DNA of 57,001 nt. Origin: Vulcanimicrobiales bacterium. GTDB lineage: Bacteria; Vulcanimicrobiota; Vulcanimicrobiia; Vulcanimicrobiales; Vulcanimicrobiaceae. The stretch lies in NCBI GenBank assembly GCA_038231455.1, contig JBBRLI010000019.1, positions 1 to 57,001 of the forward strand. Direction: 5' to 3'. Positions 43,036 to 52,599 of this stretch are shown here, piece after piece. How positions within the stretch are numbered: position 1 is the first letter of the stretch; every line of letters starts with the position of its first letter. The position numbers and the translations under genes are program-made. The notes below the pieces were generated by a model. The model searched no databases and had not been told where the DNA came from. It saw only the letters and a list, made by a program, of their open reading frames with translations.

Positions 43036-43313
43036 CTGGTCAATTCGCCAAGCGCCCTCCGCGCCGCATTCCTACCGCCGATCGATTTGAATTCGGGACG
43101 TGCCTTCGCTGCCGGACTGATCGATATCGAAGGCGATATCGTTACGCGGTCGACACGATCGGACGGGCGCTCGGCGCACCGCCGAGGCTGGCAATCCCCG
43201 CCATTTTTGCAAGCCTGCTGCGCTTAGCGAAACCGTCGCCGATTGTTGTGCCGGGAGCGTTCAAACTTGGCGGCCGGCCGCATTCGCGCGAACGCGACGC
43301 CGCCGCCGTCAGG
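43036..43313 (+). pseudogene. Remnant of cyclopropane-fatty-acyl-phospholipid synthase (Cfa) N-terminal region
   Basis: LVNSPSALRAAFLPPIDLNSGRAFAAGLIDIEGDI, a frameshift near 43140, then ...LLRLAKP...GRPHSRERDAAAVR; breaks off just before the expected HYD motif. Confidence 0.65.
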
Positions 43314-43419
43314 GATTCTCGATCGGTCGGATGGGGCTCTTTCAGTCGCTTCTTGCGCGGCCGTTGACGGACGGTCGAATCGACGACCTTCCGGCGACGC
43401 GCGCCGAGTTATATGCTCG

Positions 43420-43701
43420 CTACTGATGCATGTCCACGAGCATCATGAACGTCGATGCAACGGCTTTGCATTCGTCGGTCGCTGACTTATAGGTCGTCGA
43501 GTGGGCGGCTTTCATTGCGGCACCATCGAGACTCGATCCGGCCGACTTCACCACGGATGTCTTCGTGACTTTGCCTTTTTCATCGAGCTCGACTTTGATC
43601 ATCGCGGTGCCTTCTTGATGCATCTGTTTGGCAATATCCGGGATGTCGACAGGAGCGCGTTCGATGATAGCGGCGGGGGTCGGAGGGCAGCTGGCGGCCA
43701 T
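43420..43701 (-). CDS. Stand-alone TonB C-terminal domain protein lacking a membrane anchor or signal peptide
   Basis: P.IAKQ..EGTAMIKVELDEKGKV...VVKSAG..LDGAAMKAA; AAAGGA SD before ATG. Confidence 0.8.
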   Translation of the reverse strand: MAASCPPTPAAIIERAPVDIPDIAKQMHQEGTAMIKVELDEKGKVTKTSVVKSAGSSLDGAAMKAAHSTTYKSATDECKAVASTFMMLVDMHQ

Positions 43702-43722
43702 GGGAGTCGGTCCTTTCAGACG

Positions 43723-45729
43723 TTAGACGCCGACCAGAACGGCCGGCAGATGCGTGGTTTCAGGGGTATCGCTGGTACGGAAACCATCGACGAGTGAGAG
43801 CAGGTTCGAGGCGCTGGCTTCAACGTCGCGTGTCGCTCCGTTGACGTTGCTTGCACTCTCGGCATTCGCGCGGGCAACCGTATGAATGAGATCCATTGCG
43901 CTCGTGGCCTCGTGGACGGCGGCGAGCTGTTCGTGAACGGCTTCGCTGACGCGCTCTTGCACGTGGCGCATGGTGTCGATGGAGACGCGCATTTTCTCTG
44001 TACCGGCTTGTTGACGCACGAGCGTCTCGGAGGCTTGACCCGCAGCCGCACTCATGCGGCTGGCGGCATCGGCGACGGCGCGGGTCGAATCGGCTTGTTC
44101 GCGCGCGGCGCGCGAAATGTGATCGATCAGGTCGCTCGACTGCGCGATGGCTTCGGTCGAACGGTGGATCGCTTCGATCGCCTCATCGGCGGCCCGCAGC
44201 GTCTCAATGGATTTATCGGCAGCTCCGGTTGCTTCCGATACCGTCACATCTGTACGCTTGCGCACTTCGGTAACCAGCCCGCTGATCTCACGGGTCGAGC
44301 GGGCAGACATTTCGGCGAGCTTGCGAATTTCATCGGCGACGACCGCGAAGCCCCGGCCATTCTCGCCGGCGCGGGCCGCTTCAATCGCGGCGTTGAGCGC
44401 GAGCAAATTCGTTTGGTCGGCGATCGAGTCGATCGTCTCGACGATGCCGCCGATTTGCTGGCCGACTTCACCGAGGAGCGCGACGGATTTCGCAACCGAC
44501 CCGAGCACTTCGGCGACGCCGCGCGACGCTTCGGCAAGACGCGTCACGGCCTGCACGCCCTGGAGGCTGTTCTCGTTTGCAACGCGGCCGCTCTTCGCGG
44601 CCTCGCCCGCGGCGCGGGCGACTTCACCAACGGATTGGTCGATCTCTTGGAAGGCGACGACGGTGCCTTCGACATCGACCGAAAGGCGTGCGACGCTCTG
44701 GGAGACGGTCGCAAGCGCTCCGACGAGTTCGGTCGTCATGGTGCCGGCGTGAGCGACGGCAGAATCGAGATCCCGCTGTCCGTCCGCGACGCGGCTAACG
44801 CTATTGGAGATCTGTCCGACCGAAACGATCGCGCTATCGATCGCGCGATTTTGCTCGCCGAGACCCGAATCAAGACCGCGGTACGAGATCACGAGACGTT
44901 CGGCGGCGGTGCCAAGCGTCTTCGAGGAGCGGCGCGTATCATCAACGATCCGCTGCAAATTGGAGACGAAGGCATTGAAGCCGGCGGCGAGCTGACCGAT
45001 GCTGTCGTGCGTTGCGACTTCGATGCGCGCGCTCAGGTCGGCGTCACCCTCGGCGAGTTCGTGCAGACGTTTTGCAACGGCGAGAATCGGCTTGTTCACA
45101 AAGCTGATCGTAATGAAGACGATAATAAGCGCGGCGATGACCGATCCGATCGTGATCGCGGCGGTCGTGAATGCGGCAATTTTGGCCGTCGAGAGCACGG
45201 ATGCTTGCGCTGTCGTGATCTTGTCTTCTTCCGTTTTTCCAACCGCGGTCAGCGCCGCGGCGAGTTGCACGTAGAATGAATTTTCGTTCGAAACGATCTT
45301 GGCGATCGCGGCCTTATCGCTCTTTTTTGCCGCCTCTTCCATTTTTTTCGAGTCGTCGCGGAACTGCTCGACCGACGTCAAGACCGTTTCCCACTGCGTC
45401 CGCAGCGACTTGTCGGTCGTGGTTTTCAGGAGCGAATCAGAGGCCGTATCGAAACGCGCAAATGCGTCTTTGGTGACGGCGAGTTCGACGGGATCGTTGC
45501 TGGATGCGTATGCGATCTGCGATGCACGGATCTCAACGACGGCTTGCGAAGCGCGTGCGGCCGATTGATACACCGGGAATGCGTTCTTCGAAATATCGTT
45601 CAACGCGTTTTGGGTGATCGTCGATTGGTAGAGCGACGTACCCGCGATCGCAAGGATCAGAACGACGAGCGACCCGAGTCCAAGACCGAGGCGCGCGTTG
45701 AGCGATTGGAAATTGAGTCGAAAACGCAT
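43723..45729 (-). CDS. Methyl-accepting chemotaxis protein (helical sensor, HAMP, MA domain)
   Basis: Two TM segments; [38 protein letters not shown]. Confidence 0.96.
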   Translation of the reverse strand: MRFRLNFQSLNARLGLGLGSLVVLILAIAGTSLYQSTITQNALNDISKNAFPVYQSAARASQAVVEIRASQIAYASSNDPVELAVTKDAFARFDTASDSLLKTTTDKSLRTQWETVLTSVEQFRDDSKKMEEAAKKSDKAAIAKIVSNENSFYVQLAAALTAVGKTEEDKITTAQASVLSTAKIAAFTTAAITIGSVIAALIIVFITISFVNKPILAVAKRLHELAEGDADLSARIEVATHDSIGQLAAGFNAFVSNLQRIVDDTRRSSKTLGTAAERLVISYRGLDSGLGEQNRAIDSAIVSVGQISNSVSRVADGQRDLDSAVAHAGTMTTELVGALATVSQSVARLSVDVEGTVVAFQEIDQSVGEVARAAGEAAKSGRVANENSLQGVQAVTRLAEASRGVAEVLGSVAKSVALLGEVGQQIGGIVETIDSIADQTNLLALNAAIEAARAGENGRGFAVVADEIRKLAEMSARSTREISGLVTEVRKRTDVTVSEATGAADKSIETLRAADEAIEAIHRSTEAIAQSSDLIDHISRAAREQADSTRAVADAASRMSAAAGQASETLVRQQAGTEKMRVSIDTMRHVQERVSEAVHEQLAAVHEATSAMDLIHTVARANAESASNVNGATRDVEASASNLLSLVDGFRTSDTPETTHLPAVLVGV

Positions 45730-45965
45730 GTAATCGTTGGCCCTTTATAAAGCTGCGGGTCATAGTGCAGCCAATTCAAACTATCGACCAAGGGGCGGTA
45801 AAAATTTAGTTAACGTCACATCTTTTGGAACTTTCGCGGCGTCACGGGCGTCCGTCGCCGCTTTCCAAGCGCAAGTGTGCCGAAAAAAGAGGGGGGCAGC
45901 GAAAATTGCGTGCACCCTCTTTTTGCGAAATGGTTCGTGTCGGCGATTGGGTACTTGGGCACCAC

Positions 45966-47126
45966 GTGATCTCTTTGGTCTTCAGCATCATCGCGATAAT
46001 GCAAATCGTTTTCGCCGCACTGGTCCTCGTGCGCATGGCACGCACCGCTCGAGGGCTTACGCTCGATCGGGCGCGGAGTGTTGACGAACCTGGTGCGATT
46101 GCGATCGTCGTCCCCGTGCTCGATGAAGAGCACCGCCTCGGCCGATGTCTCGAGGGCCTCATCGCTCACGGACCGACGGTCGCAGAGATTCTCGTTGTTG
46201 ACGGAGGATCTCGTGATGGTACGCGTGCGCTAATCGCAAGGTACGCCGCTCGCGATGCGCGGGTGCGACTCATTGCGGCCGATCCAATCCCGTCGGGTTG
46301 GAACGGCAAGGCATGGGGACTCGAGTGCGGCCTGCGCGCAAGCGATCCCGGCGCTACCTGGGTTCTTACCGTCGACGCCGATATCGCGCCGGATCCCCGT
46401 CTTGCCGAGGCGCTGCTCGGACACGCGCGATTCACCGGCGTTCCGGCCCTCAGTATCGCAACACGTCAGGAACTCGGCGATCTTGGCGAGGGCCTCTTGC
46501 ACCCCGCGATGCTCAACACGCTCGTGTACCGGTACGGTCTGCCGGGGCACGCCTTCACCGATCCCGACCGCGTCCAAGCAAACGGCCAATGTTTTCTTGC
46601 CCGCCGCGACGTCCTAATCGCAACCGACGCCTTCGCGATCGCCAAAGACTCGCGCTGCGAAGACGTTACGACCGCGCGCGCGCTCGCACGCGCCGGCTAC
46701 GCGGTGGGCTTCTACGAAGCGGGCGATTTGGTGGTGGTGCGAATGCACGCGAACTGGCGCGAGACGTGGGTCAATTGGCCGCGGTCGCTGACGCTCCGCG
46801 ATCGATTTACGCGGCGTCAAAGCGTGCGTGGTCTGCTCGAAATCGTATTCGTTCAGGCGCTTCCGCTTCCGCTCTGGATCGGGCTTACCCTCGCCCACAT
46901 CGGCAGCTGGGAAGCCCAGACGCTCGCTGCGGTGAATATGGTTCTTGTCATGATGCGGCTCGGCACGCTCGCCGGGACGTTCCGGGCCTACGCGCACCCG
47001 CCGTGGACCTACTGGCTTTCGCCGCTCGTCGATGTTCCCGTAACCCTCGCCCTCATTGCAAGCGCCATCCGCCGGACACACATCTGGCGGGGCCGCACCC
47101 TCGTACCTCAAGGACGAATTTCGTGA
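45966..47126 (+). CDS. Family 2 glycosyltransferase, carotenoid glycosyltransferase (CruG-like)
   Basis: IVVPVLDE, VDGGSRDGT, PSGWNGK, VDAD, ANGQC, EDV, NWPRSL, WRGR; alternative ATG at 45930. Confidence 0.8.
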   Translation: MISLVFSIIAIMQIVFAALVLVRMARTARGLTLDRARSVDEPGAIAIVVPVLDEEHRLGRCLEGLIAHGPTVAEILVVDGGSRDGTRALIARYAARDARVRLIAADPIPSGWNGKAWGLECGLRASDPGATWVLTVDADIAPDPRLAEALLGHARFTGVPALSIATRQELGDLGEGLLHPAMLNTLVYRYGLPGHAFTDPDRVQANGQCFLARRDVLIATDAFAIAKDSRCEDVTTARALARAGYAVGFYEAGDLVVVRMHANWRETWVNWPRSLTLRDRFTRRQSVRGLLEIVFVQALPLPLWIGLTLAHIGSWEAQTLAAVNMVLVMMRLGTLAGTFRAYAHPPWTYWLSPLVDVPVTLALIASAIRRTHIWRGRTLVPQGRIS

Positions 47127-47971
47127 AAATTGCCTGGTCCTTCGTTGGATTGCACGCGCTGGCACTGACCCTCGGACTCTTTGGGATGCTAATCGCCATC
47201 CCGCACCCGCAGTTGTGGTCGCACAACCCGGGCGACATCGCGTTCTTCTCCTTCGCGATGAACAAGACGGGCGGCACGGGCCTCGTACTCGGAACGCTTG
47301 CGATGCTGGCTTTCGGGATCGCCCAGCTCGGCTGGCGCCGGACGACGCTCTTTTTTCTCGCCTCCGTGCTGATCTCGGCGAGCGCCGAGCTGACTGGGAC
47401 CAAGACCGGCTGGCCCTTCGGCGGATACGAATACACCGATTTCTTGGGCTATAAACTCCTGGGGCGCGTGCCCTACAGCGTCCCGCTCTCGTGGTTCTAC
47501 ATGGGCTTCGCATCGTTTCTGCTCGCGGATACCATCGCGGCCGTGCGCGGATGGAAAAACCGGACGTTTGGCGCGATCGTCCTCGGCGCATGGCTCCTTA
47601 TGGCGTGGGACCTGGTCCTCGATCCCTCGATGGCCGCGCCGCAGCTGCAATACATTCACTTCTGGATCTGGAAAGAAACCGGCCCCTACTTCGGGATGCC
47701 GCTGCGCAACCTCGTCGGTTGGTTCGGGACAGGTATCGTCTTTATTGCGGTCGGACGACTACTTTGGGGCCGCGCGAACCGCGCAGCCGTCGCTCCCGCG
47801 CTGCCCTTCGCGGTCTATGCGATCAACGTCGTATGGTCGATGATTTTGAGCGTGAGCGCCGGCATGTGGCCAACCGCCCTTGCCGCGATCGTCTTTAGCT
47901 TGATCCCCGCGGCCCTCGCGCTCGTTCCCGCGCGCGATCAGCGGCGTCCGATGCGCATCGCAGAGGCCTAA
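47123..47971 (+). CDS. cruF: Carotenoid 1',2'-hydratase CruF-like (DUF422) membrane protein
   Basis: ELTGTKTGWPFGGYEY..LG, VPYSVPLSWF, WDLVLDP, PYFGMPLRNLVGW; GTGA overlap with the upstream gene. Confidence 0.8.
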   Translation: MKIAWSFVGLHALALTLGLFGMLIAIPHPQLWSHNPGDIAFFSFAMNKTGGTGLVLGTLAMLAFGIAQLGWRRTTLFFLASVLISASAELTGTKTGWPFGGYEYTDFLGYKLLGRVPYSVPLSWFYMGFASFLLADTIAAVRGWKNRTFGAIVLGAWLLMAWDLVLDPSMAAPQLQYIHFWIWKETGPYFGMPLRNLVGWFGTGIVFIAVGRLLWGRANRAAVAPALPFAVYAINVVWSMILSVSAGMWPTALAAIVFSLIPAALALVPARDQRRPMRIAEA

Positions 47972-47997
47972 TCGCGGCTACGTATCCGCCGTGGGGC

Positions 47998-48639
47998 ATG
48001 CTCGGCCCGCGTGCGATCTCGATGTGGGGTATGCGCACGCAGGTCGCGACATCGCGCGTCGAGGGGCTCGAACACATCCCACCGAGCGGCCCGCTCATGC
48101 TTATCGGTCGTCACTACCACCATCTCCTTGACGGATCGATGCTCGTCACACGCGTGGGGAGGCCGCTCCATATCGTGGTCGGCCTCGATTGGGCCGGTCC
48201 CGCGCGCTCGACCGTTGAGTGGGCGTGTCGATCCGCTGAATATCCGATCCTCCTGCGCACTGGCAACGTCGACTCCGGCGAACAACTGCGCTATCTGCGA
48301 ACCGCGTTTCGCGAAACGACGCGACTGCTTGTCGAGGGTCGCGCGCTCGTCGTCTTTCCCGAAGGGTATCCAACTATCGATCCAACGTTTACGCCTAAGC
48401 AAACCGACGATGAATTCTTGCCGTTCGCGAGCGGTTTTCTGCGCATGGCGCAGCTAGCGGAGCGTGCCGGCTCGGGTCCCGTCGCGCTCGTTCCCGTCGG
48501 CTTCTCATACGCACGCACCGACAAGAAGTGGTCGATCGTGATGCGTTTCGGCGCCGCCTGCACGCGCGCCGAGATCCCGAGCGGAGACGCGGGTGCCGCA
48601 GCGATGCAAACGCGCGTGCGTGAGCTCTCGCATGCCTAA
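47998..48639 (+). CDS. Lysophospholipid/glycerolipid acyltransferase family protein
   Basis: VEGLEHIPPSGP, HYHHLLDG (HxxxxD), VVFPEG, ALVPVG. Confidence 0.85.
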   Translation: MLGPRAISMWGMRTQVATSRVEGLEHIPPSGPLMLIGRHYHHLLDGSMLVTRVGRPLHIVVGLDWAGPARSTVEWACRSAEYPILLRTGNVDSGEQLRYLRTAFRETTRLLVEGRALVVFPEGYPTIDPTFTPKQTDDEFLPFASGFLRMAQLAERAGSGPVALVPVGFSYARTDKKWSIVMRFGAACTRAEIPSGDAGAAAMQTRVRELSHA

Positions 48640-49795
48640 GCTGCTGGCAAACATCATCGCGTTTTTCTTTGCAATCGTCGGCTTTGCCGCCGCAGTGTGG
48701 ATCGTCGTGCCCGGTCCGTCGCTGCCCACGTTTGCAGCTGCGGTCGCTGCGCCTGAAGCCGCACCGTATCTGATTCTTTTCAACATCATCGGACTGGCCG
48801 TCGCGTGGCGCATCGCGCGCGGACTCGCGCGTGAGATTACGGCGACGCTCCTCGCGCTGAGTTTAGGCCTTAGTGCAATCCCATTCGTTCTGCTCGGCCC
48901 AACGATCGCCGCCGCCAATAAAGAACTCGCGCGCGCGACCGAACGCGGTGCAATCGCGACCTCCGAACGCGTGAGTTACAATCCGCTGCAATCGTTCTTC
49001 CCACTAAATAACTCTGCGATCGTTCGCACCCGCATAGGCGATGCGGTCGTCGATCCGAAAACGAAGACAACACTTGCGATGGACGTCTATGACGCGCCGC
49101 AAGCCGGCATTCGTCCAACGGTGATCGTGATTTACGGCGGCGCGTGGATCTTCGGTGAACTCTTACAAACCGAAGCGCTGGATCGATCGCTTGCGGCGAG
49201 CGGCTACACCGTGATCGCGATCGACTACCGTCACGCACCGCAGTTCCGCTTTCCAACCCAACTCGGCGACGTGTTCGGCGCGATGCGCTTCATTCGCGCA
49301 AACGCGGCTCGATTGAATGTCGACCTAAACCGCGTTGCAATCCTCGGCCGCTCGGCCGGTGGGGAACTCGCGCTCGTCACCGGTTACCATCCCGGACCGA
49401 TCGCTTTTCGTGCGGTCATCGGCTACTACTCGCCGACCGATTTGACGCGCGGCTGGAACGAACCACCAAGACCCGATCCGGCGGGCGTACGCCGGATTCT
49501 CTCCGCGTATCTTGGCGCAGGACCGAATCTCATACCCGGCTCGTATCGCGCCGCATCGCCGATCAGCTATGTCGTGCCGCATCTCCCGCCAACACTGCTC
49601 ATCGGCGGGGACCGCGACGAGTTGGTGAAGATCGACTTTCAACGCACGATGACGGCAAACTTACGCGCCGCGGGCGATACTGTTGCATCGATTGAGATTC
49701 CGTGGAGCAATCACGCCTTCGATTCGCTCCCAACGGGACTCGGCGGACAAATCGCGCTAGGCGCCGTGCGCCGCTTTCTCGCCGCGTATTTGTAA
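48632..49795 (+). CDS. Membrane-anchored alpha/beta hydrolase (HSL-like esterase)
   Basis: Three N-terminal hydrophobic segments, IYGGAW, IDYRHAP, GRSAGG, DELV, NHAFD. Confidence 0.88.
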   Translation: MPKLLANIIAFFFAIVGFAAAVWIVVPGPSLPTFAAAVAAPEAAPYLILFNIIGLAVAWRIARGLAREITATLLALSLGLSAIPFVLLGPTIAAANKELARATERGAIATSERVSYNPLQSFFPLNNSAIVRTRIGDAVVDPKTKTTLAMDVYDAPQAGIRPTVIVIYGGAWIFGELLQTEALDRSLAASGYTVIAIDYRHAPQFRFPTQLGDVFGAMRFIRANAARLNVDLNRVAILGRSAGGELALVTGYHPGPIAFRAVIGYYSPTDLTRGWNEPPRPDPAGVRRILSAYLGAGPNLIPGSYRAASPISYVVPHLPPTLLIGGDRDELVKIDFQRTMTANLRAAGDTVASIEIPWSNHAFDSLPTGLGGQIALGAVRRFLAAYL

Positions 49796-49797
49796 GG

Positions 49798-51174
49798 TTA
49801 TCCGGTGCGTTGAAAGACGATGGCTTTACCGTCTCTTCCAAATACATAGGAATAAACGAGTGTTGCTTTGGCAAATGCGACGCGGTAGCGATACGTCGTA
49901 AGGTCTCCCGCGCGGTCGCGATCCATGTAGGAAATGCTCGCGATCGGTCCGAGCGACGCAAACTGCGTTGAAGCCGTTGCCACCAGTGCATCGCTCAATG
50001 CCGTATTGGCATCTTCGGTAAAGAGACTGCGATCAAGATGTCCGGCAATGAAACCGTCCAGAATCCTTCGAAAACGCCGCGTCACCTCAAGGTTCTCGGC
50101 GGTCGCGATATCGGGCTGATAGAGCGCGCGAATGACGTTTGCATTTACACGCGCCGTCGCAAAATCGCTTGCGTTCGCGAGAACGACGATCGCGAGTCCG
50201 TCGCTTTCAATGATTTCATCTTCCGCGACAAATCCGGGAACGCCACCGTGGTGCCCGACGAAGCGTTTTCCGCGCGCATCCAATACGGTGAAGCCCAAAC
50301 CCCATTTTGCGCCAAACTCGGGCGCGTCGACCGCGTCCGTTTGTGCGAGCGCAAAGGACTTCGCCGACACGAGTTTTCCGCTCATAAGCGCGAGATCGAA
50401 GAGAGCGATATCGGTGGCAGTCGAGACGATATCGCCATCCGCGTAGGCCCACGAGGGATCGTAATCATAGGCGCGTGAACTCTGCGCCCCGCTCAAAAAC
50501 CCCGCCGCGACCGGAATGCTATCGCCCGGGTTGCCAAATGTCGTTTGCGTCATGCCAGCAACCGAGAAAATTGCTTGCCGTTCGTATACCGCAAGTGAGC
50601 GACCGGAGACGCTCTCGACGATCTGCCCGAGGACGACGTAACCCGAATTGGTGTACGAAAAGCGGGTGCCGGGCGACGATGCGAGCGGTCGAGCAGTGAC
50701 GAGCTCCAAAATCTTTTGCGGTGTCGTCGGCGTCTTGTTCGCACCCGTCGTAAATCCATCGTCTGCGTAATTATAGAGACCCGAAGTGTGATTCAAGAGT
50801 TGACGCACCGTGATCTGATCCGCGTAAGGCGCATCCGGCAGATACGTGCGGACGCGGTCATCGAGTTTGATGCGACCGCGTTCGACAAGTTGTAAAACGG
50901 AGACGGCCGTCATCATCTTCGTAAGCGAAGCAATTGGAAAACGTGTCTGATCGTTCGCTGTCCCAAATGACCTCGCATACGCAATCGCACCATGCTGTAC
51001 GATCGCAACGGAGAGCGCCGATGCGTTGCCGGCATCCGGACCACTCAGCGGTTTCAGCACCTCATCGAGTTTCTGAGCGACCAGAGCGCTAATCGGAATG
51101 GCCGTGGGCGCGGGCGCCGCGCTTGGCGCAAGCGACGTTACGGCGGAAAAAAGGACGGCAAGTAAGCACACCAC
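49798..51174 (-). CDS. Serine hydrolase, beta-lactamase class C/AmpC-like family
   Basis: Signal peptide, ASLTK (SxxK), LLNHTSG, FSYTN, GHHGG. Confidence 0.9.
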   Translation of the reverse strand: MVCLLAVLFSAVTSLAPSAAPAPTAIPISALVAQKLDEVLKPLSGPDAGNASALSVAIVQHGAIAYARSFGTANDQTRFPIASLTKMMTAVSVLQLVERGRIKLDDRVRTYLPDAPYADQITVRQLLNHTSGLYNYADDGFTTGANKTPTTPQKILELVTARPLASSPGTRFSYTNSGYVVLGQIVESVSGRSLAVYERQAIFSVAGMTQTTFGNPGDSIPVAAGFLSGAQSSRAYDYDPSWAYADGDIVSTATDIALFDLALMSGKLVSAKSFALAQTDAVDAPEFGAKWGLGFTVLDARGKRFVGHHGGVPGFVAEDEIIESDGLAIVVLANASDFATARVNANVIRALYQPDIATAENLEVTRRFRRILDGFIAGHLDRSLFTEDANTALSDALVATASTQFASLGPIASISYMDRDRAGDLTTYRYRVAFAKATLVYSYVFGRDGKAIVFQRTG

Positions 51175-51290
51175 TTGCCCGGCGTTCCGCTTTTTGCGGT
51201 TTTCGCCTCGTCATCGTATTCGGTTCGAACCGGCGTATTCGGGAAAAGAGTCAAAGCAGTTACGTCGTTTTCTTCTGGAGCATTGCACAC

Positions 51291-51833
51291 ATGATCCGCG
51301 ATCTTGCACTTCTCGCCGCTCGTGTTGCCGTCGGCGGCGGCATCGCCGCACATGGAGCGCAAAAGGCGTTCGGTTCGTTTGAGGGTCCGGGGCCACAGGG
51401 CGCTGCCGGGTTCATGGATAGCCTCGGATTTCGCCCAGGCACAACGTTTGCAACGGCCGCATCATCCACCGAAATCGCCGCCGGTGCACTGATCGCACTC
51501 GGACTCGGCGGACCCATCGGGCCGGCGCTCCTAGGCTCAACGATGATCGTCGCTGGGAGCTCGGTTCACTGGAAGAACGGCTTTTTCGCTCAGAAGAATG
51601 GGGTCGAACTCAGCACCCTGTACGCCGCTGCGGGACTCGCATTTGCAGGCGGTGGCTACGGAGCGCTCTCGCTTGATGCGGCACTCGATATCAAGGCGCT
51701 GCGTTCGCAAACCTTCACGGGCCTGGCACTGAGCGCCGGCATCCTCGGCGCGATCGCGATGCTTGCGGCGCGCACGGCGGACGCTGCGCCGCCCGATCCC
51801 GAACACGCGCAGCGCGAACCTTCCGCCGCATAA
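51291..51833 (+). CDS. DoxX family membrane protein
   Basis: HGAQKAFG.F.GPG, EIAAG, VHWKNGFF..KNGVE, GYGALSLD; GGAG SD. Confidence 0.9.
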   Translation: MIRDLALLAARVAVGGGIAAHGAQKAFGSFEGPGPQGAAGFMDSLGFRPGTTFATAASSTEIAAGALIALGLGGPIGPALLGSTMIVAGSSVHWKNGFFAQKNGVELSTLYAAAGLAFAGGGYGALSLDAALDIKALRSQTFTGLALSAGILGAIAMLAARTADAAPPDPEHAQREPSAA

Positions 51834-51857
51834 TCGTCGCGAGCCCCGCGGTAAAAG

Positions 51858-51891
51858 AAAAACGGCGCCCCCCGTGAGGGACGCCGTTTTT
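51858..51891. terminator. Bidirectional intrinsic terminator
   Basis: AAAAACGGCGCCC...GGGACGCCGTTTTT between convergent genes. Confidence 0.8.
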
Positions 51892-51926
51892 CGTGTCTCG
51901 TCAGTCGCGTGAGCGACTAGCGGGAT

Positions 51927-52289
51927 TTACCGGTACGAGCTACGCGACTGGAAGCAGTCGCGGCAGTAAACCGGCTTGTCGCCGCGGGGTTGGAACGGGA
52001 CTTGGGCAACTTGGCCGCACTGGCTGCAGGTGGCCGAGAACATCTCGCGCGCACGTCCGCCGCCGGCACCACCGCCGTAGCCGCCGCCGCCGCCGGAACC
52101 GCCGGAAGCATAGCCACCGCCGCCGCCGCCGCCGCCCGAACCACGCTGCGCTTTACGCGCCGCACGGCAATCGGGGCAACGATTGGGCTTGTTGGTGAAG
52201 CCCTTCGATGCGAAAAATTCTTGCTCTCCAGCACTAAACGTGAACTGGGCGTTGCAGTCAACGCACGAGAGTGTTTCATCAGTATACAA
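51927..52289 (-). CDS. Double zinc-ribbon protein (zf-trcl plus CxxC-x17-CxxC) with Gly/Tyr-rich linker
   Basis: CVDC...FSAGEQEFF...PNRCPDCR; CSQCG..VPFQPRGDKPVYCRDCF; TTG start after GGAG. Confidence 0.9.
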   Translation of the reverse strand: MYTDETLSCVDCNAQFTFSAGEQEFFASKGFTNKPNRCPDCRAARKAQRGSGGGGGGGGYASGGSGGGGGYGGGAGGGRAREMFSATCSQCGQVAQVPFQPRGDKPVYCRDCFQSRSSYR

Positions 52290-52599
52290 GGTTCTAAACT
52301 CCAGGTTTATTCTTAAAGCGTCTGTGTTCAACTAGATACGACCTGGGTTTGAAGCCTTGACTTGCATGAACCGCGCGGACCGTCCCGTTTTGAGGAGGGG
52401 CCCGACGCCGACAGCCACTCCTACGCGCATCCTAACACAACTCAGTCCGGAATGGTTCTCTTTTGGGGACCAAAATGCAGAAAAAGTCGCATTTAGCCGT
52501 CCGACTGGTAGGGGACCTAGCAGCCCTGTGTGGCAAGGCGACAGAACGCGGGGAGTGAACGTCAACGCGAACTCGTTCAATGTGATCGGGGGGCTTTTC

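Noticed and set aside
46298-47122. Apparent 557-aa CruF with a long N-terminal extension
   Set aside because: The extension is an off-frame overlap with the glycosyltransferase; the real start is GTG 47123.
49798-51174. Serine hydrolase as an antibiotic-resistance beta-lactamase
   Set aside because: The motifs fit the broad esterase/peptidase family; no specific evidence for beta-lactam hydrolysis.
52058-52143. GCC-type repeats as a CRISPR or tandem-repeat element
   Set aside because: They encode the poly-Gly linker of the zinc-ribbon protein; there is no repeat-spacer structure.
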